Positions 29,560 through 38,526 of a stretch of 64,000 nucleotides of DNA are shown here, one piece after another (the stretch's first letter is position 1; each line of letters starts with the position of its first letter). The notes beneath the pieces are model-generated. The model worked only from the letters and a program-made list of their open reading frames with translations, was not told the DNA's origin and searched no databases. Source of the stretch: an uncultured Acidobacteriota bacterium. GTDB lineage: Bacteria; Acidobacteriota; Thermoanaerobaculia; Gp7-AA8. The stretch spans positions 768,001-832,000 of the forward strand of contig CAVUKB010000005.1 of the NCBI GenBank assembly GCA_963741955.1, given 5' to 3'. The translations under genes were made by a program, and so were the position numbers.

Positions 29560-31550
29560 ACCCAGTCCCGACCGCTCATTTTCGAATTCGCGATCAACGC
29601 ATTCTCGAACGCATAGCCGGCCTGAGAGAGAAATATCTCCAGGCCGCTCAGCCCGTCCACCGGCGCATGATGCTCGCCATTGTCTCCGTAAAAGAGCCCG
29701 ATCACCCGCTCGCGGCTGACGATCGGCATCACGACCACTTCGGTCGGCTGGGCCGGACCGAGGCTCCGGATCAACCTCTCGTTCCCCGATGTCCGGCTGA
29801 TCTTCCCGCGATGAATGCTGCGAGTGGTCGCGACGTGGCTCAGTACGGACGGTTCCGCTCCGGAGATTCTAATCGCTCCAGCACGCTGATTCACGTCCTC
29901 GCCCGCGCCGGTGGCCCCGAAACCGCTCAAACCCTCGAATTCGCCCGGCGTGGCGACGAAAATCACCCCCCGGTCGACGTACTCGGCAGCGAGCCGGAGA
30001 ATCGTTGACGAAACCTGATCGAGATCGTTCGGATTCGAGAGCTCGTTGATCAACTGTTTCAGAAGCGAGAATCCCCTCTCGGTGCGCTCCTTCTCCGCCA
30101 TCTCGTAGAACTGCTTTCCCGGTTCCGCCTCGCCATCGACGCTCCTCGAAAAGTGCTCCCACTCCGAGAAAGCCCTCTCCGCGAACAGGACCAGCTCCTC
30201 GGCGAACATCGACAGCTCTTCCTCGAGTCTTCCGGGCTGCAACCGCGCCGGCGAGGGACGGGTCACGTACAGATCGGCGCCTTTCTTCAACAACTCGCTG
30301 CGCCGCCCCAGGTCGCCACTGCGGTCGATCACCACGACCGGCAGACGCCGGTTGCGCTTCTTGATCGTCTCCATCAGATTCAGCGCCGGATCATCCTCTG
30401 CCTCCACGTCGAGCTCGAGGAACGACACGAAGAACTGATTTTCGTGAAACAGCTCGAGCACCGTGCGGTGCACTTCTTCGGGATGACCGTACTGATGGAT
30501 CTGTACCCCGCGGCGGGTGAATGCACGCCGGGCCGCGACCCGGACCATCGGATCTCTTTCGAACAACACCACCGCTCTGGCGACATCACCAGCACCTTCC
30601 GGCGAAGCCACACGGAACAGGCTGCGCGAATCGGAAGGCGCCACCGGAGCTTCCTGCAGGACGTCGGGAACGGAAGGAATCGCCGCCGGCTCCCGCGGGA
30701 GCTCCGGTTCGTCCTCCGGCGCCGATTCGAGCGCTCCGCTCAGCTCCGAGCTGACCAGAGACTCGAGATCGGCCGGTGCGGGCTCCTCACCGGCAAGATC
30801 GAACGGCTCATTCTCCTCGGACGGCTCCAGATCGAACGGACCACGCTCGGCCGGCACGGCGCCTTCGGCTTCCGCCGGGCTCTGCGCGAGCGAAGCGAGA
30901 TCCTGCAGGGACAAGGCGGGCTGCGAAGGAGTGCCCCCCGGCGACTCCGGGTCCGGCGCAGCTTCGCGCCGTGACGGTGGCGGTGGGGCGGTGGGTTCCT
31001 TCGTCCCTCTCAGCAATGCCTTCCCCGCCTTCATGCTCTCTTCGAGACCGCGAAGGGGCTTGAGCTTCTCTCCTTCCGCGCCGCCGAGGATCCGTTGCGG
31101 CTCGATTCCTCCCTCGCGGAAGATCGCATCCGGGTCGTATTCGATGTCCGGAACACCGACCGAATCACTGAGAATGAAGTTGAATTCTCCTTCGCGGCTG
31201 TCGACCAGTGGCCGAACGACGGCCAGCACCCGCTGATGAATGATCTCGGCGAGTCGTTCTTCATCGAGGAGATGGAGCTCCAGTGCGGCACGACCGGTCG
31301 CCACGCCCGATTCCTCGGCCTGGCGGAGCATCGGGAGGGAGCTCGCCGGCACGAGCTCGTTCTGCTCGAGATACGTGAGGAGGCTCGGACTTTCGGGTGA
31401 GGAGGCATTGACGACGAGGCCGTGCCTGAACAGAACGGTGTATCTTCCCGCCGCATCGATGATCTCGAGAATCCCGGTCCGGCGACTGAGAAACACGATC
31501 TGAACGATGTCGGTCAGAGAAAGATCTTCCAGCCGTCCGAGGAGGCTCAA
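29556..31550 (-). CDS. DUF4388 (PATAN-like) + pseudo-receiver + GAF-like protein
   Basis: MSLLGRLEDLSLTDIVQIV...TGIL...EGEFNF; degenerate REC; C-terminal VVMPI..VIGLFYGDN. Confidence 0.8.
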   Translation of the reverse strand: MSLLGRLEDLSLTDIVQIVFLSRRTGILEIIDAAGRYTVLFRHGLVVNASSPESPSLLTYLEQNELVPASSLPMLRQAEESGVATGRAALELHLLDEERLAEIIHQRVLAVVRPLVDSREGEFNFILSDSVGVPDIEYDPDAIFREGGIEPQRILGGAEGEKLKPLRGLEESMKAGKALLRGTKEPTAPPPPSRREAAPDPESPGGTPSQPALSLQDLASLAQSPAEAEGAVPAERGPFDLEPSEENEPFDLAGEEPAPADLESLVSSELSGALESAPEDEPELPREPAAIPSVPDVLQEAPVAPSDSRSLFRVASPEGAGDVARAVVLFERDPMVRVAARRAFTRRGVQIHQYGHPEEVHRTVLELFHENQFFVSFLELDVEAEDDPALNLMETIKKRNRRLPVVVIDRSGDLGRRSELLKKGADLYVTRPSPARLQPGRLEEELSMFAEELVLFAERAFSEWEHFSRSVDGEAEPGKQFYEMAEKERTERGFSLLKQLINELSNPNDLDQVSSTILRLAAEYVDRGVIFVATPGEFEGLSGFGATGAGEDVNQRAGAIRISGAEPSVLSHVATTRSIHRGKISRTSGNERLIRSLGPAQPTEVVVMPIVSRERVIGLFYGDNGEHHAPVDGLSGLEIFLSQAGYAFENALIANSKMSGRDWV

Positions 31551-31641
31551 TCGGTTATCCTCTCGTCTCCAAAATCATACGACGTGACCTGCGATACGAC
31601 GACCTACGGCCTCCCGTTGCCGTCGGCGAAGTCGCGGGCGG

Positions 31642-32085
31642 TCAGCGGCGGCGTTCAGCAGCATCGTCTGATGCCTGCTGGAGATTGTAACGTTTCAGGA
31701 TGCCGTCGAGAATGCCGTTGATGAACTGAGACGATTTCTGAGTGCCGAACTTCTTCGCGATCTCGATCGCTTCGTCGATGATCACGAGTTTCGGCGTGTC
31801 CGGTTCGTTCATGAATTCGTAGACCGACATTCGGATGATGTTTCGATCGACGGTGGCCATCCGCGAGAGCCGCCAGTTGTCGGCCTGCCTGGTGATCATT
31901 CCGTCGATCTGCTCGAGGCTGGAGACGGTTCCTTCGAAGAGCTTCACCGCGAAATCGCGCGTGGAGGTGCGGGCCTTGTGCAGATCTTCGAACGTCGTGA
32001 CGATCACGGCGGGCTCGTTTCCCGACATGTCGTATTGAAAGAGCATCTGCAGAGCGAGCTCGCGAGATTTGCGCCGGGCACCCAT
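31642..32085 (-). CDS. nusB: Transcription antitermination factor
   Basis: RRKSRELALQMLF, DRNIIR, DEAIEIAKKFG, FINGILD. Confidence 0.97.
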   Translation of the reverse strand: MGARRKSRELALQMLFQYDMSGNEPAVIVTTFEDLHKARTSTRDFAVKLFEGTVSSLEQIDGMITRQADNWRLSRMATVDRNIIRMSVYEFMNEPDTPKLVIIDEAIEIAKKFGTQKSSQFINGILDGILKRYNLQQASDDAAERRR

Positions 32086-32145
32086 GGAAGCGGATCGATC
32101 CCCCAACTGAATTCTAACCCGGCACCGCGCCGGAACCGCCGCGGA

Positions 32146-32610
32146 TCACTGGATCGCGCGGAAGACGTTCGCCATCTGAATCGCGGCCAGGGCCGCTTCC
32201 CAACCTTTGTTGCTCCCCTTCCTGGCCCGCGCTCTCGCCTGGTCCATCGTGTCACAGGTGATCACTCCGAACGCAACAGGGATGCCGGATTGCGTGGAGA
32301 TCCGGCAGAGCTCGGAGGAGACCGCCGAAGAGATGAAGTCGAAATGAGGCGTGTCGCCGCGCACCAGAACCCCGATCGCAATCACTGCATCGACGCTTTT
32401 CGTCTCGATGATGCGCTGTGCCGTGGCCGGGAGCTCGAAGGCGCCGGGAACGCGGAAGGCTCGTACGGACTCGGAGCCGGCGCCGTGACGTTCGAGGCAG
32501 TCGAGTGCCCCTTCGAAGAGTTTCGTCGCGATCTCGTCATTGAAACGTGCGGCAATGACTGCAAAGCGCAGCCCTTCCGCATTGAGCTCTCCTTCGATTG
32601 GTTCTCGCAT
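32146..32610 (-). CDS. ribH: 6,7-dimethyl-8-ribityllumazine synthase
   Basis: ARFN, VPGAFELP, RGDTPHFD, NKGWEAA. Confidence 0.97.
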   Translation of the reverse strand: MREPIEGELNAEGLRFAVIAARFNDEIATKLFEGALDCLERHGAGSESVRAFRVPGAFELPATAQRIIETKSVDAVIAIGVLVRGDTPHFDFISSAVSSELCRISTQSGIPVAFGVITCDTMDQARARARKGSNKGWEAALAAIQMANVFRAIQ

Positions 32611-32631
32611 CTCGACCCTTCCGGCCGGCGC

Positions 32632-32637
32632 ATTATA
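32632..32637 (-). promoter_or_regulatory. Putative sigma70 -10 box for ribH-nusB(-che)
   Basis: TATAAT about 22 bp upstream of the ribH ATG. Confidence 0.4.
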
Positions 32638-32731
32638 GGGGATTTCTCCGCGAGTGCCGCATTTGTCGCCCGGATCCCGTCTCCAATGGCGAAACCGTGG
32701 CGGAATCAGGCTCCCGCTCGTGAAGGAACGC

Positions 32732-34561
32732 TCACTTCGCTGCAGCCTGAAGGATCGTCGGTTCGGTCTCGTCTCCCGCCCGATCGGCGAAGTAGGAGAC
32801 GATCCCCTCGTAGATCGCTTTCGCGACTCGCTGGCGGTACTTCCGCGTCTGCATCAGCCGCCGGTCCTCACGATTCCCGAGATTGCACGTCTCGAGCAGC
32901 ATGCGCGTCGGCACCAGGTTGTAGCGGATCACCGCCGGGACCCACTCTTTTCCCCTCCGGACGACGTTGTCCCTCACCGGCTGATACGGGTGGACCTTGA
33001 GGTCGTCCTTGCGGAACGCGCTCATGATCGACGAAGCGAGATCGGTAGAAAGTCCCTCCGCACGCAACGCGTCCTGTTCGGAATGGGTGACCGTCGGGTT
33101 CTCGCGAACCTCCGCGCGAGCGAGATAGACATCACCCTTCTTGGTGAAAGTCCCCTGCACGTATCGCTCACCCGGGATGTACGCCATCGCGCCTCGAAGT
33201 GAGGGATGGAGCGAGTCCGCGTGGATCGAGAGGAAGATCACCTTCTCGGGCTCCGTCGACTGGTCGAGCGCCCTGCGGAAGATCGAGTTCGCCAGATACC
33301 AGCGGAGATTCACTCCGACCACCGGATCGTCGAGTCCGTACCGGGGGGTGGTGAGCACCACGTGATCGGTGACCTTCGGCAACACGTCCCGCTCGGCGAT
33401 CTGACAGCCGGTACCGGAGCTCGTGGTCATCCATACCCTTGCGGCACTCTTCTTTTCGAGAAGCGTCTTGACGCGGCACGTGATGTCGTAGACGTAGATC
33501 GACTCCCAGACCCCGTCGTGCGCGGTCCCGACGTCGCGGCCGCCGTGTCCTGCGTCGAGAATGATCCGCACGCCCTGGAGATTCTTCGCCTCTACTTTCC
33601 GCGCCAGGCGTGCGCTCTCCTTCTTCGCCCGATCCCGCTCCAGACGCCGCGGGTCATCGCTCGGGCGGTACTCCGGCGTGAGCAGCTCCATCGGGATCTT
33701 CACTGCATATCCCACCGGGAGCTTCGAGACATCCTGAATCCCGTTGAACGCGACGATCTGGTCCACCACGTCGTAGACGTCCTTCGCGTAGACGCGGCCG
33801 GTGAAGCGGATGCCTACCGACGAGTAGAGCGCCTCTCCCCGTCTGAGCCGGTAGACCGCATAGGGCGAGTCACCGCTCCGATGGTACTCGAGCGAGATCG
33901 GCCCTCCGTCGCTCGTCGCTTCAGCCACCCCCGCGCTCTTCGTGTCCGAATCGGAGGAGCCTGACTGCGGATCGTCTTCCGCGAGCTGGGGACGGGATGG
34001 ATCCGCCGCCGGCATCAGGCCGAGAAACGGTTCGGAGAGGAGCCTCCGCGGAATCACGATCGCATCACCACGCCGGGTGGAAAGGCCTGCCATGTTGTTC
34101 GCAGAGCGGATCGCCGCGTAATTCGCCCCGTCCCCGGTGAACCACTCTGCGATTTTCCAGAGCGACTCCCCCTCCACGTCGGTTCCGGACACCACCTTGT
34201 GCACCCATCCGCGCGATCCCGCCCGGTCGGCCGGAAAGAGGGCAGCGATGGTCTGCTGTTGCAGTGAAGGCTTGAGGAGCGTCAACGGGACGCGGACCGG
34301 GATTCCCGCCAGGAGATTCGGACCCTCTCCGCTCTTCTCCGCAATGGCCTTCCACTGGTCGGCATCGCCGGTCAGACGGAGAGCGAGGCGCGTCCACGCA
34401 TCGCCGCGTTCGGGGGAGACGACGAGGCAGATGTCGAGATTCTCGTCGAGAACCGCGCTCCGGGTCGCATCGAGGGACGCACGGAGCTTGTCGGCGCCGG
34501 CAGCGGGAGCTGCGAGCGCGAGAATCAGAACCAGAGTTGCCAGCCACCTCTTACACACCAC
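32732..34561 (-). CDS. N-acetylmuramoyl-L-alanine amidase (Amidase_3) with LysM-like repeats
   Basis: Signal peptide, GESLWKIA, LDAGHGG, SIHAD, LLETCNL. Confidence 0.85.
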   Translation of the reverse strand: MVCKRWLATLVLILALAAPAAGADKLRASLDATRSAVLDENLDICLVVSPERGDAWTRLALRLTGDADQWKAIAEKSGEGPNLLAGIPVRVPLTLLKPSLQQQTIAALFPADRAGSRGWVHKVVSGTDVEGESLWKIAEWFTGDGANYAAIRSANNMAGLSTRRGDAIVIPRRLLSEPFLGLMPAADPSRPQLAEDDPQSGSSDSDTKSAGVAEATSDGGPISLEYHRSGDSPYAVYRLRRGEALYSSVGIRFTGRVYAKDVYDVVDQIVAFNGIQDVSKLPVGYAVKIPMELLTPEYRPSDDPRRLERDRAKKESARLARKVEAKNLQGVRIILDAGHGGRDVGTAHDGVWESIYVYDITCRVKTLLEKKSAARVWMTTSSGTGCQIAERDVLPKVTDHVVLTTPRYGLDDPVVGVNLRWYLANSIFRRALDQSTEPEKVIFLSIHADSLHPSLRGAMAYIPGERYVQGTFTKKGDVYLARAEVRENPTVTHSEQDALRAEGLSTDLASSIMSAFRKDDLKVHPYQPVRDNVVRRGKEWVPAVIRYNLVPTRMLLETCNLGNREDRRLMQTRKYRQRVAKAIYEGIVSYFADRAGDETEPTILQAAAK

Positions 34562-34878
34562 CCGACCCCCGGCAACGTGAGACAGTTTTCAGTTTGCACC
34601 GGCTGCCCGCCGGCGCCGGGCCGCCGATCATCAGGCGGCCAATTCAGCTCGATTCAGAATAATAACGCGTTTCGCGCTGGAAGTAACGCCGGGGCCGCAG
34701 GAGGAGGACGCCAAAGGCCGTTCCAGGACTCGCGCCCAGAGCGGATTCTCACGCCGTCCCGTCGTCGAGGGTGTGGAACGAGGCGCGCCTGGGAGTCACC
34801 AATCCCCTGCATCCGTTACGGGCACCGACAGCTCGCATGCTCTCGAATTGGCGCTTCCAGCGGTCCGCCGCGGGTCGC

Positions 34879-35109
34879 TCAGGAGCTGCGCGTCTTCTCC
34901 AGCTTATCGAGAATCTCTTTCTCGTCGGGAAAACGCCCTTCATCGTGCTTGGAAAAGATCTTATCGTTGCCGACCACGACGTTGAATACACCGCCACGTC
35001 CCTGGATCAGCTCCGGTTCGACCCCGAATTTCTTCTTGATCTCGGCCGCCAGACTGGAGGCTCTCGGAAGATAATTTCAAACTACGCAGTATTCGATCTG
35101 AATGTCCAA
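34879..35109 (-). CDS. Rdx/SelT-SelW-SelH family selenoprotein (76 aa, CxxU)
   Basis: Not in the ORF track. GGAGG RBS, TTG start, MDIQIEYCVV-UGA-NYLPRASSLAAEI...GRGGVFNV...IFSKHDEGRFPD; UGA at 35077-35079. Confidence 0.9.
35045..35061 (-). promoter_or_regulatory. Putative bacterial SECIS hairpin
   Basis: GCC-U-CCA-GUC-UGG-C-GGC stem-loop, apical G-U 23 nt after the UGA. Confidence 0.6.
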
Positions 35110-35149
35110 TCCAGCACCTCCAGGTGATATGTCCGGGCGTCCGGCCAGC

Positions 35150-35914
35150 TCACAACGTCCGGATGAGAATCGCGGTGACATTGTCGTATCCGCCGCGCTC
35201 GTTCGCCGTCGCCACCAGCGTGCGGCAGGCCTCTTCGACGTCCTCGCTCTCGGTGACGATGCGGAAGATGGACTCCTCGGGGACCATCCCCGTCAGGCCA
35301 TCCGAACAGAGCAGATACGAATCTCCGGCCTCACACGTGATCTCGCTCGCGTCCGGCACCACCGTCAGCGCGCCGCCGAGAGCCCTGGTGATGACGTTGC
35401 GAAGCGGATGCCTTTCGGCCTCCGTCTCGGTCATCATCCCCGCCTGCACCTGTTCGAAGACCCAGGAATGGTCGTTCGTGATCCGGCGCAGCTGGCCGCC
35501 GCGTACCAGATAGGCCCTCGAATCGCCGACATGCGCGACCGAGATCACGTCGCCTTCGATCAGCGACGCGACCACGGTGGTTCCCATTCCCCGCAGGCGC
35601 GAGTCTTTCCGCATCGCGTCGAGCACGCGGGTGTTGGCCATCTTCAGCGCTGCGGTGAGCCTGTTCGTCGAACGCTTGTAGTGCTCGTCGTAGGCGTGCG
35701 GCCACGTGCCGTCATCTTCCTCGGTGTGGTCGATGAACTCGGCGATGGTATCGACCGCGATCCGCGAAGCGATCTCTCCCGCCGCATGCCCACCCATTCC
35801 ATCTGCTACCAGATAGAGATTCGCCTCGGTATCGATCAGGAAAGCGTCTTCATTGTGCTGACGCTGCCGGCCGACATCCGTGAGACCGAACGCTTTGATC
35901 TGCATCCGTATCAT
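35150..35914 (-). CDS. PP2C-type Ser/Thr phosphatase (Stp1/PrpC)
   Basis: NED, VADGMGGH, GMGTT, HVGDSRAY, CSDGL, DNVT. Confidence 0.95.
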   Translation of the reverse strand: MIRMQIKAFGLTDVGRQRQHNEDAFLIDTEANLYLVADGMGGHAAGEIASRIAVDTIAEFIDHTEEDDGTWPHAYDEHYKRSTNRLTAALKMANTRVLDAMRKDSRLRGMGTTVVASLIEGDVISVAHVGDSRAYLVRGGQLRRITNDHSWVFEQVQAGMMTETEAERHPLRNVITRALGGALTVVPDASEITCEAGDSYLLCSDGLTGMVPEESIFRIVTESEDVEEACRTLVATANERGGYDNVTAILIRTL

Positions 35915-36573
35915 CCCTTTTTGAAAAGGGAGTCCAGCAACCCTTTTCCCGACTCTTTCGGCTCGCGACCCTGCCGCAGCTCCTGCAGTGCCGCCTGGAT
36001 CTCAGCGTTCTCTGCGTCCCATTTGAGAGCTTCTTCGAAGTACCGCTCCGCTTTGGCAACCAGACCCGCACGTTTGCACAGAAGCCCGGCATCCTTGAGG
36101 TAGACCGGGTTGTACGGCTCCTTCTGAACCGCGGATTCGATCGCCTGGACTGCCTGTCGCATCCGGGAGGGGATTTTCGCACATGCGAGGGCCAGGTAGT
36201 GATAAGCCTTTCCGTCGGCCGGATTGTGCTTGACCGCCATGTCGAAATTGTCGCAGGCGCTGGCGAAGTCGCCTTCCTTGTACGCCTTCACTCCGATTGC
36301 GACGTAGGCTCTCGCGACCTGAGCCGGATCGCTGGTGGTCGTGCGCGCTCCGGGGCCCTGGAGCTCCGAATCGTGCTGCTTGCGGCGGTTCGGGTTCGTC
36401 AGCACGTTGACCGCTTCGGTCAGCGTCTGGAAACGCCGCTCGGCTTCTTCTTTGTCCGGGCCCTTGTAACGGTCAGGGTGCTGTTCCCGGGCCAGACGCC
36501 GGAACTTCTCCCGGATCTCGGCCTCCGTCGCTGTCCGCTCCACTCCCAGAACTTCGTAGTAGTTGACTCTCAT
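35911..36573 (-). CDS. J-domain + TPR protein
   Basis: NYYEVLG, HPD motif, C-terminal TPRs. Confidence 0.9.
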   Translation of the reverse strand: MRVNYYEVLGVERTATEAEIREKFRRLAREQHPDRYKGPDKEEAERRFQTLTEAVNVLTNPNRRKQHDSELQGPGARTTTSDPAQVARAYVAIGVKAYKEGDFASACDNFDMAVKHNPADGKAYHYLALACAKIPSRMRQAVQAIESAVQKEPYNPVYLKDAGLLCKRAGLVAKAERYFEEALKWDAENAEIQAALQELRQGREPKESGKGLLDSLFKKG

Positions 36574-37668
36574 CTATTTCTGGCTTCGCGCGCCCCAGAG
36601 CTTTCGGGCCGAGGTCCGGACCGTCTCCGAGACGTTTCGATCTCCGCTCAGACTCTTCAGGTCCTTTAAGGTTAGCCGATTGATCAGAGGAAGGACAACA
36701 CCTATCGGCGTCTTGGGGTTCCGGACCAGGTTGATCATGATCGGATATTTCCGTACCCAGTCCCGATTCGCCGAGATGAGCCGGAGCACCTCGTCCTCCA
36801 CGCTCCTCATCGCTGCGAACGCCTCGATCTCCGATTCGGTCACTTTCGGGCTGCGAATCACCGCCGAGCAGACGAGCTTATTGTGCTCACGGACCAGGAT
36901 CGAACGCTCTGTACGGTCGCCCTTGAACGCGCACTGCACTTTCTCGGAAACATTCATGTTCAGAATGCGGACCCATACCGTTTCATCTTCGTCCGGAGGC
37001 GGCTCGAGGTCTCTGACCGGATTCTCCTCATCCTGTTCCGCGGCCAGGGCCAGCAGCTCGGCGAGCTCCTTCTCCTGCGCTGCGGTCAGTGCCTCCTCTT
37101 CCTCGAGCCTGACCCGTTCGGCCGCCGCCTTCTCTGCGGCCTCCCGCTTTTCGAAGAACTCCTCGCGCGCTTCTCCCACCCGCCGGCGCACATCTGCCGA
37201 GAGGTTCGGATTCCCGAGGAGTGCTTCGATGATCTCGGGAGCGCGGATGATCCGGGCCTGATTGATCACGACCACGTCCTGCAGGTGAGAATCGACCCGG
37301 CGAGCGAGCTCGATGATGGTCGCATCGCTGGTCGAACGGTTTCGGAGGATCGCCTCGAGGACGGTCGGGTCGTTCTGCACCGCGGCCAACCGGCCGAGCA
37401 GCTCCGGATCGGAGTCTTCGTTCCGCGCGAATGAAAGGACCACCCGCAGGGGAAGCTCGGCGAGCGTCTGCGCGGCGGTAGCCGCGATGTCCTTATCGCC
37501 GTAGCCGGAGAGATAGATCAGGACCGCAACCAGTTCTTCCTGCGGGAGAGGCAGAAATCCCTGCGAGGCGAAATGGATGAATTCCCGCGCCGCCTCCCCT
37601 TTCGCGATCTTCTCGATCAGGGATCGGGCGTCAAACTGTTCAGAGGGGGCTCCGCTCATCGGATCCAT
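36574..37668 (-). CDS. Conserved helical-repeat hypothetical protein
   Basis: 364-aa ORF abutting its neighbours; LRNRST/LGNPNL/LVRNPKTP repeats. Confidence 0.75.
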   Translation of the reverse strand: MDPMSGAPSEQFDARSLIEKIAKGEAAREFIHFASQGFLPLPQEELVAVLIYLSGYGDKDIAATAAQTLAELPLRVVLSFARNEDSDPELLGRLAAVQNDPTVLEAILRNRSTSDATIIELARRVDSHLQDVVVINQARIIRAPEIIEALLGNPNLSADVRRRVGEAREEFFEKREAAEKAAAERVRLEEEEALTAAQEKELAELLALAAEQDEENPVRDLEPPPDEDETVWVRILNMNVSEKVQCAFKGDRTERSILVREHNKLVCSAVIRSPKVTESEIEAFAAMRSVEDEVLRLISANRDWVRKYPIMINLVRNPKTPIGVVLPLINRLTLKDLKSLSGDRNVSETVRTSARKLWGARSQK

Positions 37669-38500
37669 TCTTCTGTTCGAGCCGCTGAAGCGTCTGCCGG
37701 TCGAACACTTTGTCTTTCAAAACCTGACCGCTTTCACCAAGAGACGGGAGGCGAACACCGTTCAGAGTCAGTTCGAGCCCCCCAGCATTCCCGATGGTCT
37801 CGAATCGGAAATCGCGCGAGGCCTCGAACTTCCGCTCTTCACCCTTCTTGAGGACGTCGCTGATCCGCCGTTCACCATCCGCGTCGAGCGTGATCCAGCT
37901 GTCTTCCACCGCCTTCACGACCAGTGTCAACGTTTTCTGCCGTGTGGCCGGCGCTACGGCCGTCGACGGCGTGACCGGCTGCCGCGCCACCTCGTGGGTC
38001 GAGGATCGACTCTCCGTCACCGGTGTTTTCGGCCGGGGCCCTTTCCCTTCTCCGCGTCCCGAGATGTACCACAGCCCCAACCCCAGAATCACCACCGCGA
38101 CGACCACGGCGATCGTCGTCCAGAGCCCGCGATTGGAAGGAGCGGACTGGGAGATCACTTTCCCGTGGGCGCCCGTTCCCCTGTGCGGACTCGGCGCTTC
38201 CGCTTCTTCCTTCTCCACTGCAGCTTCCGCGATCTCCGAGTACCGGTCGACCAGATCTTCCGGATCGAGCCCGAGGTAGCGAGCGTATTCGCGGATGAAT
38301 CCGCGAGTGAAGACCGGGGCCGGGAGGGTCTTCAGATTTCCTTTCTCGATCGCTTCGAGGAAACGGGTGCTGATCTTCGTGGCATCGGCGATCTCCTTCA
38401 ATCCGATCCCGCGGATCTCGCGTTGCTTGCGCAGTTCTTCCCCTAACGAGATGGGGGCGGAATCCTGTCGATCATCGATTTCATCCATCAGCTCAGGCAT
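37640..38500 (-). CDS. rodZ: RodZ-like HTH / DUF4115 membrane protein
   Basis: LGEELRKQRE...TKIS.RFLEAIE...GFIREYARYLGLD, TM, IGNAGGL. Confidence 0.85.
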   Translation of the reverse strand: MPELMDEIDDRQDSAPISLGEELRKQREIRGIGLKEIADATKISTRFLEAIEKGNLKTLPAPVFTRGFIREYARYLGLDPEDLVDRYSEIAEAAVEKEEAEAPSPHRGTGAHGKVISQSAPSNRGLWTTIAVVVAVVILGLGLWYISGRGEGKGPRPKTPVTESRSSTHEVARQPVTPSTAVAPATRQKTLTLVVKAVEDSWITLDADGERRISDVLKKGEERKFEASRDFRFETIGNAGGLELTLNGVRLPSLGESGQVLKDKVFDRQTLQRLEQKNGSDERSPL

Positions 38501-38526
38501 TCTACTCAATTTGACGTTTTGTTGAA

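Noticed and set aside
34600-34870. Possible structured RNA (6S-like) between the amidase and the selenoprotein
   Set aside because: Only short GC-rich complementarities; no family-specific motif could be supported by eye.
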